Assembly: GCA_937625935.1 (NCBI GenBank)
Contig: OW569371.1
Coordinates: 415,055-479,054, forward strand
Reading direction: 5' to 3'
Origin: Tetramitus jugosus
Lineage: Eukaryota; Protista; Heterolobosea
DNA length: 64,000 nt
The notes under the pieces were generated by a model, which made no database searches, was not told the origin of the DNA, and worked only from the letters and a program-made list of their open reading frames with translations. The stretch's first letter is position 1. Every line of letters starts with the position of its first letter. This document shows, one piece after another, positions 62,687 through 64,000 of the stretch. The position numbers and the translations under genes are program-made.

Positions 62687-62716
62687 TTTGTCGGTTGGTC
62701 GCGAATCATTTTATAG
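62687..62716 (-). promoter_or_regulatory. Putative promoter motif upstream of YR-1 (TATAAAA...CCAACCGACAAA)
   Basis: Minus strand CTATAAAATGATTCGCGACCAACCGACAAA, about 65-95 bp upstream of ATG 62623. Confidence 0.6.
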
Positions 62717-62726
62717 GGCAAAAAAA

Positions 62727-62800
62727 AATCTCGGAAGAATCTCGGAAAGAATCCCGCACGCGATCCCGCAAAAAAAATCCACCGCACGCGGATCCCGCAC
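62727..62800. repeat. Short clustered repeats (AATCTCGGAA x2, ATCCCGCA x3) between YR-1 and the telomere
   Basis: Read directly from the sequence. Confidence 0.6.
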
Positions 62801-63218
62801 GACGAATCATTGAAATATCCCGTGAGGAATCCTAACTGACCTTCAACATTTTTACAGTGAACTGGACGTCGCGACTTGGTAGTATGTTGAAGTTGTGCTT
62901 TTAGAGATATTCAGCGCAGGCAAAAATAGTTAGGATGTATTATAAGATGATTCTCAATAGAACACAATGTTATCTACGTACTCTATTGTAAAGAATGAGA
63001 AAGCAACATAGAATGACGGAGGGTGCAACTCCCGAAAATATTTCGAAGGGCAAAAGAGTATAAAAGTGAATCTCTGATGCACTGATCGAAATAAACCAAC
63101 AAACTCATTAAACATAGATAAAGAAGGTTAATTTTTGAAATCTGGGTGAAAAATAGACAGAGAAATGTGTTGGTAAACTTTTTGAGTTTTTAGGTAGAAA
63201 AAAAAAAATTGAAGTCGA

Positions 63219-64000
63219 TTTGGGTTTGGGTTTGGGTTTGGGTTTGGGTTTGGGTTTGGGTTTGGGTTTGGGTTTGGGTTTGGGTTTGGGTTTGGGTTTG
63301 GGTTTGGGTTTGGGTTTGGGTTTGGGTTTGGGTTTGGGTTTGGGTTTGGGTTTGGGTTTGGGTTTGGGTTTGGGTTTGGGTTTGGGTTTGGGTTTGGGTT
63401 TGGGTTTGGGTTTGGGTTTGGGTTTGGGTTTGGGTTTGGGTTTGGGTTTGGGTTTGGGTTTGGGTTTGGGTTTGGGTTTGGGTTTGGGTTTGGGTTTGGG
63501 TTTGGGTTTGGGTTTGGGTTTGGGTTTGGGTTTGGGTTTGGGTTTGGGTTTGGGTTTGGGTTTGGGTTTGGGTTTGGGTTTGGGTTTGGGTTTGGGTTTG
63601 GGTTTGGGTTTGGGTTTGGGTTTGGGTTTGGGTTTGGGTTTGGGTTTGGGTTTGGGTTTGGGTTTGGGTTTGGGTTTGGGTTTGGGTTTGGGTTTGGGTT
63701 TGGGTTTGGGTTTGGGTTTGGGTTTGGGTTTGGGTTTGGGTTTGGGTTTGGGTTTGGGTTTGGGTTTGGGTTTGGGTTTGGGTTTGGGTTTGGGTTTGGG
63801 TTTGGGTTTGGGTTTGGGTTTGGGTTTGGGTTTGGGTTTGGGTTTGGGTTTGGGTTTGGGTTTGGGTTTGGGTTTGGGTTTGGGTTTGGGTTTGGGTTTG
63901 GGTTTGGGTTTGGGTTTGGGTTTGGGTTTGGGTTTGGGTTTGGGTTTGGGTTTGGGTTTGGGTTTGGGTTTGGGTTTGGGTTGGGTTTGGGTTTGGGTTG
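63219..64000 (+). repeat. Telomere (TTTGGG)n, about 130 units
   Basis: Near-perfect TTTGGG array to the window end, G-rich strand running 5'->3' outward; one TTGGG variant near 63981. Confidence 0.97.

Larger units (their letters stand above)
57164..63218 (-). mobile_element. Tandem pair of ~3 kb subtelomeric tyrosine-recombinase modules (putative Crypton-like elements)
   Basis: The order telomere-like tract / 37-bp palindrome / YR gene / TATA-CCAACCGACAAA occurs twice (57164-60341 and 60342-63218). Mobility itself is inferred. Confidence 0.6.

Noticed and set aside
1-64000. CRISPR arrays, rRNA or tRNA genes
   Set aside because: No repeat-spacer periodicity, rRNA-like sequence or cloverleaf recognised by eye; a tRNAscan-SE/Infernal run would be needed to exclude small RNAs.

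Overview
This is the right-hand end of a eukaryotic chromosome, not a prokaryotic one. It is gene-dense and intron-poor, uses the standard genetic code, has short GT-AG introns with CTAAC branch sites, and ends in a (TTTGGG)n telomere from 63219. The gene content (7TM-RGS adhesion receptor, ankyrin-Cache-cyclase, hybrid histidine kinase, several F-box genes) resembles a free-living heterolobosean amoeba; this is an inference. Bases 1-54.4 kb hold about 20 ordinary genes, including a lipin, NDUFA8, GH39, GH5 and GH162 glycosidases, a 2837-aa reducing type I PKS, a strictosidine-synthase-like protein, a BOR/SLC4 transporter and a saposin/halocin-like secreted peptide. The last ~9 kb is different. 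It has two head-to-tail ~3 kb modules, each carrying a stand-alone DIRS/Crypton-type tyrosine recombinase gene with no RT. The two proteins are strongly diverged, yet the modules share a 36/37-identical palindromic site just past the stop codon, a TATA + CCAACCGACAAA upstream motif and an internal degenerate telomere tract. This telomere-associated recombinase array is the best candidate here for an undescribed system. All family assignments are by motif recognition; no searches were run.
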